NCBI GenBank assembly: GCA_963675665.1
Contig: OY776510.1
Span: 2,208,001 to 2,272,000, forward strand
Length of the DNA stretch: 64,000 nt
From: Spirochaetia bacterium
GTDB taxonomy: Bacteria; Spirochaetota; Spirochaetia; UBA9216
Reading direction: 5' to 3'
In this document: positions 48,702 to 58,209 of the stretch, one piece after another
How positions within the stretch are numbered: position 1 is the first letter of the stretch
Layout of the letters: the number at the start of each line of letters is the position of its first letter
Program-made: the position numbers and the translations under genes
Notes under the pieces: generated by a model
Database searches by the model: none
Told to the model about the DNA's origin: nothing
What the model saw: only the letters and a program-made list of their open reading frames with translations

Positions 48702-50000
48702 ATGAGTACAGAGAAGAAAAAACCTTTTGACTGGTATTTCAAGTCAAATCTGCTGATGCGAATTCTAATCGGCCTTATTGCGGGTGCGATAGTGGGAATT
48801 ATTTTCGGCACCAAAACAGCATGGTTGAATCCGTTCGGATCAATCCTTGTCAATCTGCTGAAAATGATTGTTATGCCGGTTGTTCTTTCGACGCTTGTCG
48901 TGGGCGCTGCAAGTATAAACCCGTCTACACTGGGAAAGATTGGGGTTAAGATCATTGCATTTTATCTGCTGACTTCGGCCTTTGCTGTTGCTGTCGGTCT
49001 GCTGATGGGAAATATTTTCAAACCCGGTCTGGGGCTTGAACTCGGTGCAGCAGCCGATGCCGCCGGCAAAGCCCTGGCTGCGCCGAAACTGTCAAGCACG
49101 CTGATTGCCATTATTCCGAATAACCCGTTCGGGTCCATTTCGGGAGGGGCTGTTCTTCCGACTATCTTCTTCGCCATCATTCTCGGTGTGGCAATCTCAT
49201 ATATCAAGCAGAGTGATAATGAGCGAATCAAAAAAAGCGGTGAAACACTGTTTAATGCATTCGACGGTCTGGCCGAGGCAATGTACCTGATTGTGCGCGG
49301 CGTTCTTCAGTATGCTCCGATTGGTGTTTTTGCGCTTATCGCTGTAGTTTTCGGCCAGCAGGGAGCAAAGGCCGTCGGTCCGCTCGGAAGCGTGACCCTT
49401 GCAGCCTTCCTCGGGTATGTGGTACATGTAGTTATTGTTTACGGTTTAATATTGATGCTCTCAAAGATTAATCCTTTGACCTTCTTCAAGGGAGCAAAAA
49501 CCCCGATGATAACGGCTTTTGTAACTAGAAGTTCCTCCGGAACCCTGCCTGTAACAATGAAGGCTGCTGATGAGAACTTCGGTATATCCAAGAACGTTTA
49601 TTCCTTCACCCTGCCGCTGGGCGCAACCATAAATATGGACGGTACTGCCATTTACCAGGGCGTTTGTGCCCTTTTTATCGGTTTTGCAATAGGCATGCCG
49701 CTTTCTTTCGGTCAGCAGCTTACCGTTATTCTTACGGCCGTTCTCGCATCAATAGGAACAGCCGGTGTTCCCGGCGCCGGCGCGATCATGCTTCTGATGG
49801 TCCTGAATTCCGTAGGACTTCCCGTTGAAGCCGGTACCCCGGTAGCCGCGGCATACGCGATGATTCTGGGAATCGATGCAATTCTTGATATGGGACGGAC
49901 TGCAGTTAACGTTACAGGCGATATGACCGGAACTCTTGTCGTCGCCAAGAGCGAGAAACAGATCGATATGGAGAAACTGACACGGAAAGCGGAATTATAA
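48702..50000 (+). CDS. Dicarboxylate/amino acid:cation symporter (DAACS, GltP/GltPh-like)
   Basis: [30 protein letters not shown] and [12 protein letters not shown]. Confidence 0.93.
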   Translation: MSTEKKKPFDWYFKSNLLMRILIGLIAGAIVGIIFGTKTAWLNPFGSILVNLLKMIVMPVVLSTLVVGAASINPSTLGKIGVKIIAFYLLTSAFAVAVGLLMGNIFKPGLGLELGAAADAAGKALAAPKLSSTLIAIIPNNPFGSISGGAVLPTIFFAIILGVAISYIKQSDNERIKKSGETLFNAFDGLAEAMYLIVRGVLQYAPIGVFALIAVVFGQQGAKAVGPLGSVTLAAFLGYVVHVVIVYGLILMLSKINPLTFFKGAKTPMITAFVTRSSSGTLPVTMKAADENFGISKNVYSFTLPLGATINMDGTAIYQGVCALFIGFAIGMPLSFGQQLTVILTAVLASIGTAGVPGAGAIMLLMVLNSVGLPVEAGTPVAAAYAMILGIDAILDMGRTAVNVTGDMTGTLVVAKSEKQIDMEKLTRKAEL

Positions 50001-50749
50001 TAGGAGGAGGAGTCGGCCCTGCCGCAGGGTTACGGCTCCATCATCTTATTCTTGAGCACACCCTGACCGCAGGACGCGATCAGGACCATCTCAGGATAAT
50101 CCATATGTGTCTGCCCGACATGGTCTCCGACCGGACTGAAGCGCTTCTGAGCGGAAATCCGGGTGATCCGGGCCGCGGTATGGCTGATGTAATAGCCGCC
50201 GGGGCTGCAGCATACAAAGCCCTCGGGTTGAAAGGTATTGCAGCTGTTCCATGCAATACCTTTCATGCCGGACCGATTTGGAGCAGCTTCAATGCCCGGC
50301 TTGATGAAACCGGCGTTAATGTTCAATTAATAAACATGATAGAAGAAACAGTCTCAACCGTTAAAGAGCTTGTGCAGCCGGGCGGAACCGTTGGGCTGCT
50401 TTCAACAACAGGTTCGCGCAGGATCGGCCTTTACAGCGGGCCCCTTTCTGCCGCCGGTTTTAAAATTCTTGAAGCCGAAGACCAGGCGGCTGTTCACGAA
50501 ATAATTTATAATACGGAATGGGGACTCAAGACGGCGCCTCCGGTAAGCGGGAAATCACGACAGAAAGTGATCCGTGAAATTGACAGGCTGATGGAACGGG
50601 GCGCGGACCTTGTAATTCTCGGCTGTACCGAATTCCCGCTTGCTTTTGATGGAGAAAACAGACCCGGCAAACTGCTTGATCCGATGGAATCGCTTGCAAA
50701 AAAACTTGTAAAAACTGTTGACCCTGCTAAACTGAAAAAAACGGACTGA
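49982..50749 (+). CDS. Aspartate/glutamate racemase family protein lacking a canonical start codon
   Basis: The frame continues upstream of ATG 50105 as (T)[15 protein letters not shown]...DQDH...DRT. Catalytic PCNTFH and GCTE are intact. ACG at 49982 lies 8 nt after GGAG. Confidence 0.75.
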   Translation, partial: TESGIIIGGGVGPAAGLRLHHLILEHTLTAGRDQDHLRIIHMCLPDMVSDRTEALLSGNPGDPGRGMADVIAAGAAAYKALGLKGIAAVPCNTFHAGPIWSSFNARLDETGVNVQLINMIEETVSTVKELVQPGGTVGLLSTTGSRRIGLYSGPLSAAGFKILEAEDQAAVHEIIYNTEWGLKTAPPVSGKSRQKVIREIDRLMERGADLVILGCTEFPLAFDGENRPGKLLDPMESLAKKLVKTVDPAKLKKTD

Positions 50750-50783
50750 AATCACCATGACATCCGAAAAAAATGGAGGCGGC

Positions 50784-51315
50784 ATGTTTACATCTATTCA
50801 GGAGCTTGTTTCTGTTCATAAATTAATCTCACCCTATATACACCGCACTCCGGTTATGAGTTCATCAGCGTTTAATAAAGCCGCAGGCTGCACGGTTTTT
50901 TTCAAATGCGAAAATTTTCAGAAGATGGGCGCATTCAAAATGCGGGGCGCCATGAACGCGGTTCTGGCCCTGAACGCAGAGCAGCGCGGCAGAGGCATTA
51001 TCACGCATTCGTCGGGCAATTTCGCTCAGGCGGCGGCACTTGCCGCGCGGAATATCGGAATCAGGGCAACCATTGTAATGCCGTCGAACGCACCTGAAAT
51101 TAAAAAGGCGGCTGTCCGCGGATACGGCGCTGAAATCGTCGAATGTGAGCCGACAAACGAAGCGCGTGAAGCCGTAACGGATGAAGATTGTGATTGAACC
51201 GTCGGCTGCCGTTGCGCCTGCTGCAGTATTGAAAAGTCCGAACATTTTCAGGGACATGGAAGTGGGCATAATTCTGTCAGGCGGAAATGTTCAGCTTGAC
51301 AAGCTCCCTTTTTGA
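50784..51315 (+). pseudogene. Serine/threonine dehydratase (serine racemase-like) pseudogene with an internal deletion and frameshift
   Basis: The N-terminal part (HRTP, KCENFQKMGAFKMRGA, HSSGN) is joined out of frame at 51176-51180 to the C-terminal RMKIVIEPSAAV...IILSGGNV*. Confidence 0.88.
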
Positions 51316-51407
51316 GGTTTTTACCAAAAATCGTCGATGCCGGGTTATAATTCAATAAAATATCATTCATAAAACAAAGATATAAAAGGCTTGGAGGCTT
51401 AGATCTG

Positions 51408-52637
51408 ATGAATACAGGGTACTACGATAAAATAGCCGAACTGATGCTTTTTGCCGTCAGCTTCAGGGAAGGTGATAAGCTGAATATTCAGTTGAACCAT
51501 GACTGCAGGGAAGCTGTTAAAAGACTTGCGTATAAAGCTTACGAGCAGGGCGCTGCTTTTGTGGGGTTGCGTTATATTGATGATTTTTTACACGCGGCTG
51601 CCATAAAAGCCGGAAAAAGCAGTATCGAATACCCCCGGTATTTGAAAGACTCATTAAAAGAGATAAGCGAGCCTGAATGGAAGTCTATTTCATATATAAG
51701 TTTCTGTGAGGGTGATGTTTATGCAGATCTTCCGGGAGATATTTCGACTGCTTATTTTCGGCAGTATCAGAGTCTGACGGAACACCGCCGAAAACAGACA
51801 CTGAACGGGGCGTTCCTGTGGACGCTTACCTTTATTCCTACTTTGGGTACAGCCGGAAAGGTTTTTCCGGAATTGGCTGAAAAAGATGCCCTCAATGCCT
51901 ATTGGAAACAGGTAATTAAGATAATGCGGCTGGATCTGGATGACCCTGTTGCATTCTGGAAAGATAAATTCAGCAAGGATGCTGAGAGAAGCAAATATCT
52001 GAACGAGTTATCTCCGGAGTTTATTGAGTTCAAAGGTCCGGGCACCGACTTTAAAGTTGGCATTAACCGTAATGCGCTGTGGATGGGAGGAATGAAAGAA
52101 GCCCAAAACGGCGAACTGTATGCAGCCAATCTTCCGACGGATGAGATTTTCACTTCTCCGGACTGCAGAACGGCAGAAGGCAGAGTCACCCTGACCCGAC
52201 CATTCGTTATGCATCAGAACCTTGGAGCAATCCCGGAAAACGCCTGGTTCGAGTTCAAAGAAGGGCGGGTCGTTGATTACGGGGCTGACAGGGGCAAAGA
52301 CAGCCTTGATACGCTGTTTGCACGCGACGAGCGGGCCCGTTATCTCGGCGAAGTGGCGTTGGTAGATCCGAAGTCTCCTTTTGCCGAAGGAGGGCTTACC
52401 TATTTTAACGGATTGTACGACGAAAACGCCGCCTGCCATATTGCACTCGGAGCTGCTTACTCCGGAACTCTCAAGGTTCCGGGAAAGTATTCCGACGAAC
52501 AGCTTGCGGAAATGGGAATGAATGTATCGTCGGTGCACGAGGATATGATGATCGGCTCGCCGGAAGTGGATGTTTCGGCAGTCTGCCCGGACGGAAACAA
52601 GGTGGATATTATTAAAGATGGTAAATTTTACATATAG
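51408..52637 (+). CDS. M29 aminopeptidase (AmpS/PepS type)
   Basis: ANLPTDEIFTSP, LGEVALV, LYDENAACHIALGAAY and NVSSVHEDMMIG. Confidence 0.92.
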   Translation: MNTGYYDKIAELMLFAVSFREGDKLNIQLNHDCREAVKRLAYKAYEQGAAFVGLRYIDDFLHAAAIKAGKSSIEYPRYLKDSLKEISEPEWKSISYISFCEGDVYADLPGDISTAYFRQYQSLTEHRRKQTLNGAFLWTLTFIPTLGTAGKVFPELAEKDALNAYWKQVIKIMRLDLDDPVAFWKDKFSKDAERSKYLNELSPEFIEFKGPGTDFKVGINRNALWMGGMKEAQNGELYAANLPTDEIFTSPDCRTAEGRVTLTRPFVMHQNLGAIPENAWFEFKEGRVVDYGADRGKDSLDTLFARDERARYLGEVALVDPKSPFAEGGLTYFNGLYDENAACHIALGAAYSGTLKVPGKYSDEQLAEMGMNVSSVHEDMMIGSPEVDVSAVCPDGNKVDIIKDGKFYI

Positions 52638-52699
52638 TTAGAAATCAAACCACTTGACTTTTTCTGTTGCTGTGTTTATATTTAGTTAGAAATCTAATC
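52635..52699 (+). promoter_or_regulatory. Sigma70 promoter flanked by two MarR-type boxes
   Basis: TAGTTAGAAATCAAAC (52635), TTGACT (52654), 17 nt, TATATT (52677), then TAGTTAGAAATCTAATC (52683). Confidence 0.7.
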
Positions 52700-52723
52700 A
52701 TAAATACAGCAGGAGAAACCCGA

Positions 52724-54118
52724 ATGAATAACAATAAAACTGAACTGATGGAGAAAGCGCCTGTCAAACAGGCGATATTAAAACTTGCGCTGCCGACAAT
52801 GCTGTCTATGGCTGTTGTTCTTATCTACAATATGACCGATACCTTCTTTATCGGTCAGCTGAATGATCCGAACCTGGTAGCGGCGCTCTCTATTGTTTTC
52901 CCCGTTTTCATGTCTGTTCAGGCAATAGGAAATATTTTTGCAAACGGGGCTTCAAGTTACATCTCCAGAAAACTGGGAGCAAAAGATGGCGAAGAGGCCA
53001 AACGAACTTCAGCCACAGCATTATATACAGCGGCTTTAATTGGAATAATTATAACCGCATCAATGCTGATTTTGCGCAGGCCGCTGCTTTCGGTAATCGG
53101 AACAAGCCCGTCAACATACAGCGTAACAAGCGAATACTACACAATTATTTCAGCTTTTGCTGTAGTATTCATCCTGCAAATCACTCTTTCAGGACTTATT
53201 CGAAGCGAGGGGGCAACAGATAAGTCCATGATTGGAATGTTTATCGGTATCGGTCTGAACATTGTTCTTGATCCGCTGATGATTTTTACCCTGGATATGG
53301 GTGTGGCAGGAGCAGCCTGGGCTACAGTCATAGGAAATGTCTTCGGAATGCTTTACTTTATAACCCATCTCTTGTCGAAACGGACCCTTCTTTCCATTAA
53401 AACACAGTATTTTCATCCGTCGAAAAAGATCTACAGTGAAATTTTCAGAATAGGTATTCCTTCAGCCTTATCCAACCTCATTATGAGTTTTTCAATGGTG
53501 CTTGTTAACGTGATTGCTTCCGGCTACGGTGATTACGTTGTTGCCGGTAACGGCATCCAGATGCGGATAGCGAGTATGGCATTTATGCTGCTCATGGGGC
53601 TTGCCCAGGGATATCAGCCCTTTGCCGGTTATAATTACGGCGCAAAGAGCTACGACAGGCTAAGAGAAGGCTTTAAAATAACCCTTATTTATTCAACCCT
53701 GCTGGGATTATTTTTTTGTATAATATTCAGGGCCTTCGGAGAGGAGCTGATTTCATTTTTCATCCGGAACCGTGCCACAATCGAGACCGGCTCAAAAATG
53801 CTCGGGGCCTTTGCTTTTGCTATTCCTTTCATAGGTCTTCAGATGACGATGATGATTACTTTTCAGTCTACAGGACGGGCAATGAAGGCAATGATTGTCT
53901 CTATGGGCCGGCAGTGTATAATTTATATTCCGGCGCTGTTTGTTCTAAACAGTCTTTTCGGGCTTAACGGGTTCATCTATGCTCAACCGTTGGCGGATGT
54001 TCTGACTACGGTTGTTGCCGTTCTGATGAGCCGGTCATTCTTCAGGGAAATGGAAAGGTTGAATGAAGAACAAAGATGTATGGCTCCGGAAGAGGGCAGG
54101 TTAATGCTGGCTGAGTAA
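52724..54118 (+). CDS. MATE-family efflux transporter (MepA-like)
   Basis: LALPTM, YNMTDTFFIGQL, RSEG, NIVLDPL, GVAGAAWAT and GYNYGA. The AGGAG SD favours ATG 52724. Confidence 0.92.
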   Translation: MNNNKTELMEKAPVKQAILKLALPTMLSMAVVLIYNMTDTFFIGQLNDPNLVAALSIVFPVFMSVQAIGNIFANGASSYISRKLGAKDGEEAKRTSATALYTAALIGIIITASMLILRRPLLSVIGTSPSTYSVTSEYYTIISAFAVVFILQITLSGLIRSEGATDKSMIGMFIGIGLNIVLDPLMIFTLDMGVAGAAWATVIGNVFGMLYFITHLLSKRTLLSIKTQYFHPSKKIYSEIFRIGIPSALSNLIMSFSMVLVNVIASGYGDYVVAGNGIQMRIASMAFMLLMGLAQGYQPFAGYNYGAKSYDRLREGFKITLIYSTLLGLFFCIIFRAFGEELISFFIRNRATIETGSKMLGAFAFAIPFIGLQMTMMITFQSTGRAMKAMIVSMGRQCIIYIPALFVLNSLFGLNGFIYAQPLADVLTTVVAVLMSRSFFREMERLNEEQRCMAPEEGRLMLAE

Positions 54119-54186
54119 AAAATATTATTATAACAGACTGGAATTGTGTTACAATCCAAAGCAGCAATCCGGCAAGAGGCGGTTCA

Positions 54187-54648
54187 ATGGATATTTCTGA
54201 AAAAAGCAGTGAAGAAATGAAGGTAGAGAGCATATTTGAGCTGCATAGATCTATCATATCAATCTTTTTTAAGGATTTTGAGAATATATTCGAATTGCCG
54301 AAGGGGCTTAATTTCACGCATATGAAGGCGGCAATGATCCTGAGATTTCAGGGGCCCATGACGATGTCGAAGCTGAGCAGCCGTCTTGTTCTCGAAAAAG
54401 GTTCTTTCACCCCGGTTGCGGCAAAAATGACGGAAAAGGGACTTATAGAGAAACAACGATCTGCAGAAGACAAGCGGGTATATCATCTGGTCCTGACTGA
54501 TTACGGCCGGAAATTGACTGCCGAATTCAAGGATAAGCATTGGGCCTTTATCCTGTCGGCCTTTGATCGGATCAGCCCTGAAGAGCAAAATGAATATTTT
54601 AGACTGATCAGCGGGCTTAACCGACTGAACAGGAAAATAAAAGGCTGA
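54187..54648 (+). CDS. MarR-family transcriptional regulator
   Basis: MTMSKLS, EKGLI and the DKRVYHLVLTDYG wing motif. Confidence 0.9.
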   Translation: MDISEKSSEEMKVESIFELHRSIISIFFKDFENIFELPKGLNFTHMKAAMILRFQGPMTMSKLSSRLVLEKGSFTPVAAKMTEKGLIEKQRSAEDKRVYHLVLTDYGRKLTAEFKDKHWAFILSAFDRISPEEQNEYFRLISGLNRLNRKIKG

Positions 54649-54668
54649 AGCTGTCCGGAAACGTTAAT

Positions 54669-55319
54669 TCAATCTATGATTTCAGCTATATCAGAGAATT
54701 TATCGACTTCAAAAGATGAACTGAGGCCCTTCCTGTTACCGAAACCGTAATTACAGAAAATGCTTTTAATATCTGCATTTTGCGCAACCTGCAAATCGGT
54801 AAAATGATCGCCGACCATCCATACGTTTTCGCCGTTTCGTTTAAAACCCTGAGCTTCGGCTCTTTTAATAACTTCGAAAACGCCCTCGGGATTGGGCTTT
54901 GTTGTTGAAACGTCGCCTCCTCCCATTGTCGTAACCAGAAATTTATCAAGTTTGAAATAATCGGTTATTTCACGGCACATATCACCCGGCTTGTTTGAAA
55001 GTACAGCCAGATAGTATTGTGTTTCGGCAAGATTCTTTATTCCTTCGTAAACACCATCATACAGTTCAGTTTCAACCGTAAGATTATCATTGTAGAAATT
55101 GGTGAACTTTTCTATTGCCTCCGGTATATCAACATCGGGTTTGTCATAAAAAGAACGTTCAATCAGTTTGGTTCGTCCTTCTCCGACGTAATTCACTATT
55201 TCAGTCCAGTCGAGATTGTGGAGCCCGTAATGATTCCTGGTAAGATTTACCGCGTTTGCGAGATCTGCTCTGGTATCGGCCAGAGTGCCGTCGAGATCAA
55301 ATATAATCAGTGTATTCAT
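54669..55319 (-). CDS. HAD-family phosphatase (phosphoglycolate phosphatase-like)
   Basis: IFDLDGTLADT, LSNK, KPNP and MVGDHFTD; start placed at MNTLIIF. Confidence 0.88.
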   Translation of the reverse strand: MNTLIIFDLDGTLADTRADLANAVNLTRNHYGLHNLDWTEIVNYVGEGRTKLIERSFYDKPDVDIPEAIEKFTNFYNDNLTVETELYDGVYEGIKNLAETQYYLAVLSNKPGDMCREITDYFKLDKFLVTTMGGGDVSTTKPNPEGVFEVIKRAEAQGFKRNGENVWMVGDHFTDLQVAQNADIKSIFCNYGFGNRKGLSSSFEVDKFSDIAEIID

Positions 55320-55418
55320 ATGAATAATATAGATCGAAACAGTGTTGAATATCAATTAAGGCGATTTCAGAACATGGAATGTTGCTATTTTAATTTTCTG
55401 CCCGTATAATAAGTATTG

Positions 55419-57263
55419 ATGGGTAGTAACGCTCTTATAAAACTCCTTCTTGTTGAAGACGAAGCGTTAATAGCTTCAAACGGAAAGAAATCTCTTGAAG
55501 AATACGGGTATACGGTTTTTATTGCGATGAACGCTGATGAAGCTGTGTTAACTGTTAATTCAACCAATATCGATCTGATTCTGATGGATATTGATTTGGG
55601 ACAGGGGAAGACTGACGGAATTAAAACAGCAGCAAGGATTTTAAAGAACTATGATATTCCCGTCATATTTCTTTCAAGCCATACCGACCCTGATATTCTT
55701 GAGCGGACACAAAAAATCACTTCGTACGGTTATATTGTAAAGAATACCGACATTGCAGTAATCGACACAATGATAAAAACTGCCCTGAAACTGGCGGTAC
55801 AAAAAAAGCAGCCTGATTCTGATGCGCAGGTTCTTTCTGAACTGGAAAAAACACGTTTGATGTTGAATGATGTGCTGAATACTATTCCGGTTCGGGTCTT
55901 CTGGAAGGACCTTGAAAGTGTCTATATGGGATGCAATCAACTCTTTGCGCTGGACTCAGGAAAGGATTCTCCGGATGATATTGTCGGGTTTACCGATTAT
56001 GATATACGATCCTCCGTGCAGGCGGAATTAAATCGAATTGACGACAGGAACATTATAGAAAGCGGAAACCCGCGGCTTAAATATGAAGAGCCCTTTTTAA
56101 CACAGGATGGAAATAAAAACTGGATAGTAACTTCGAAAATTCCGCTGCGAAACAGTTCCGGAGTCATGTACGGAATATTGGGAATGTATGAAGATATTAC
56201 CGAACGCAAGCGGATGGAAGAGGAGATAATTCTGCAAAAGAACCGGCTTGCAAATATATTATACGGAAGTAATGTCGGAACCTGGGAGTGGAATGTTCAA
56301 ACCGGCGAAAATATAGTTAATGAACATTGGGCCGCAATAATCGGTTATACCCTGGACGAGCTTCCTTCAGATAACCGGAATTCCTGGAAAAAATTTGTTC
56401 ACCGGGAAGATTTGGAAATTGCGAATGCTTTACTCGAAAAGCATTTTAATAATGAGCTGGATTATTTTGAGTGTGAGTTCCGTATGCGGCATAAGCATAA
56501 TCACTGGATCTGGGTTCTTTCCCGCGGCAAGGTTTCTTCCCGGACTGAAGACGGTAAACCGCTTCTTGTTTGTGGAACTCACCTGGATATAAATGAAAGA
56601 AAGTTGATTCAGGATGAAATTCTGAATCAGTTGTCGGAGAAACAGATTATTCTGAAAGAAGCACATCATAGGATTAAGAATAATATTTCTTCAATAAGCA
56701 GTTTGTTATCGCTTCAAGCCGAAACAATTGACAACTGGGAGGCAAAAGCGGCTCTTCAGGATGCAATCGGTAGAGTCCGCAGTATGCAGATTCTTTATGA
56801 AAAACTGCTGATAGCAGATGATTGCATGGATACCTCTCTGAAACATTATCTGGAAGATCTGGTTGATGATGTTATAGATGTGTTTCCCGACAGGATCAAT
56901 ATTAAAGTTGAAAAGCAAATTTGCGACTGCAGGCTTAATTCCAGGCAGATCTTTCCATTGGGGATTATTGTAAACGAAATTATTACCAATATACTGAAAT
57001 ATGCTTTTACAGACAGAGAATCGGGAGTTATCAGGATAAAAGCAAAAAAGGAAGATAAGAATATAATTCTTGAAATACAGGATAACGGAAACGGGCTGCC
57101 CGAGGATTTCGATATAGACAAGCAGGATGGCTTCGGTCTTATGCTTATCAGAATATTATGTCAGCAGCTGGACGGGTATTATCAGATTGAAAACTCCGCC
57201 GGTGTCAGAAGCATTCTGAAGTTTAAGATACCCGATTCACAAGCTGCGGTTATTTCGCACTGA
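55419..57263 (+). CDS. Hybrid REC-PAS-PAS-HisKA_2 histidine kinase
   Basis: LLVEDE, LMDIDL, YGYIVK, two PAS/PAC units, EAHHRIKNN and DNGNG. TTG 55416 is an alternative start. Confidence 0.9.
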   Translation: MGSNALIKLLLVEDEALIASNGKKSLEEYGYTVFIAMNADEAVLTVNSTNIDLILMDIDLGQGKTDGIKTAARILKNYDIPVIFLSSHTDPDILERTQKITSYGYIVKNTDIAVIDTMIKTALKLAVQKKQPDSDAQVLSELEKTRLMLNDVLNTIPVRVFWKDLESVYMGCNQLFALDSGKDSPDDIVGFTDYDIRSSVQAELNRIDDRNIIESGNPRLKYEEPFLTQDGNKNWIVTSKIPLRNSSGVMYGILGMYEDITERKRMEEEIILQKNRLANILYGSNVGTWEWNVQTGENIVNEHWAAIIGYTLDELPSDNRNSWKKFVHREDLEIANALLEKHFNNELDYFECEFRMRHKHNHWIWVLSRGKVSSRTEDGKPLLVCGTHLDINERKLIQDEILNQLSEKQIILKEAHHRIKNNISSISSLLSLQAETIDNWEAKAALQDAIGRVRSMQILYEKLLIADDCMDTSLKHYLEDLVDDVIDVFPDRINIKVEKQICDCRLNSRQIFPLGIIVNEIITNILKYAFTDRESGVIRIKAKKEDKNIILEIQDNGNGLPEDFDIDKQDGFGLMLIRILCQQLDGYYQIENSAGVRSILKFKIPDSQAAVISH

Positions 57264-58209
57264 TAGTCAGGGTCAGAATATCTTCATAATCACCTGCGGG
57301 AAGTGATGTACTGCCTGAATAGCTTATTTTCAACGGTTTTGCTGTCCATTCCGGGGTAGTAATGAGTGTTGAATCGGTTAACAGGGCTGTGCCGCCGCTC
57401 CACGAATCTACGGCCGTGCCTGCATATGTCAGAGAGTAGGTCAGCATACCTGCTGATTCCGACTGCAGAAAATAAGGTTCGGATGCTCCGCTGCCGTCGT
57501 TTGCAAGGTTTTTACTGGTAACCGACACAGTGTATCCTGTAGCCGAATTGCTTCGTTCGTTTACCGTGGCAATAAGCTTGTCTGTTTCATTAATTGTCAA
57601 ATCCATAAACCGTATTCCCGGTTCACGTATACAGTAGATGTCAAGCAGTTCCGCCATCCTTCCGTAGACAGTCACGTTTACACTGTCGGCAAGGACGTGT
57701 GTTCCGCTGTCGGCGTAATCTCCTTCATACAGGTAAAGAGTTATTGTGTCGGAGTATGTTCCCGAAGGGATAAACTGTCCCGAGTTGATGTAAAAGTAAA
57801 GATTGTAACTTTGCTGCTCCATCACTGCAGCTTCGCTGTTAAAGTCGGTTGTTGAGATTACACTAGTAGAAGTCAAAACTTCAGGCGGAGCCTTTATAAC
57901 GTCGGAGGAGGGCGGGGCGCTTTTATAAAGCTGATAGTACATTGTGTTCGACGAGAACACCAACTCCCGCGGTTCATAACCTGAGGAAGTCCCTTCATCA
58001 GCGGCAATAAACCATTGGGGAATTGCCGTACCCTCGTGTTCAACTGTTACGGATATGGTTTCATTTGAGATCTGTTCAAACGACGAATTAAGATAAACCC
58101 CACCCGGAGGCGCGCTGAACTGGAATAAATTATCACAGACTATATTTTGCAGCGGAATAATCGAAAATGTGAGCAGCAGGATTTTTATTTTAAAACATCT
58201 GTTTGTCAT
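57250..58209 (-). CDS. Two-domain pilin / tip adhesin, spore-coat-U/CsuE-like
   Basis: Signal peptide and two Ig-like repeats ending PSGTYSDTITL and PAGDYEDILTLTISAK. Confidence 0.7.
   Translation of the reverse strand: MTNRCFKIKILLLTFSIIPLQNIVCDNLFQFSAPPGGVYLNSSFEQISNETISVTVEHEGTAIPQWFIAADEGTSSGYEPRELVFSSNTMYYQLYKSAPPSSDVIKAPPEVLTSTSVISTTDFNSEAAVMEQQSYNLYFYINSGQFIPSGTYSDTITLYLYEGDYADSGTHVLADSVNVTVYGRMAELLDIYCIREPGIRFMDLTINETDKLIATVNERSNSATGYTVSVTSKNLANDGSGASEPYFLQSESAGMLTYSLTYAGTAVDSWSGGTALLTDSTLITTPEWTAKPLKISYSGSTSLPAGDYEDILTLTISAK

Noticed and set aside
49960-50010. Programmed frameshift fusing the DAACS transporter to the racemase
   Set aside because: No slippery heptamer is visible, and the transporter ends at a normal length with tandem stops.
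55313-55326. Perfect palindrome TATTCATATGAATA over the HAD start codon
   Set aside because: AT-rich, single copy and no candidate regulator; plausible by chance.
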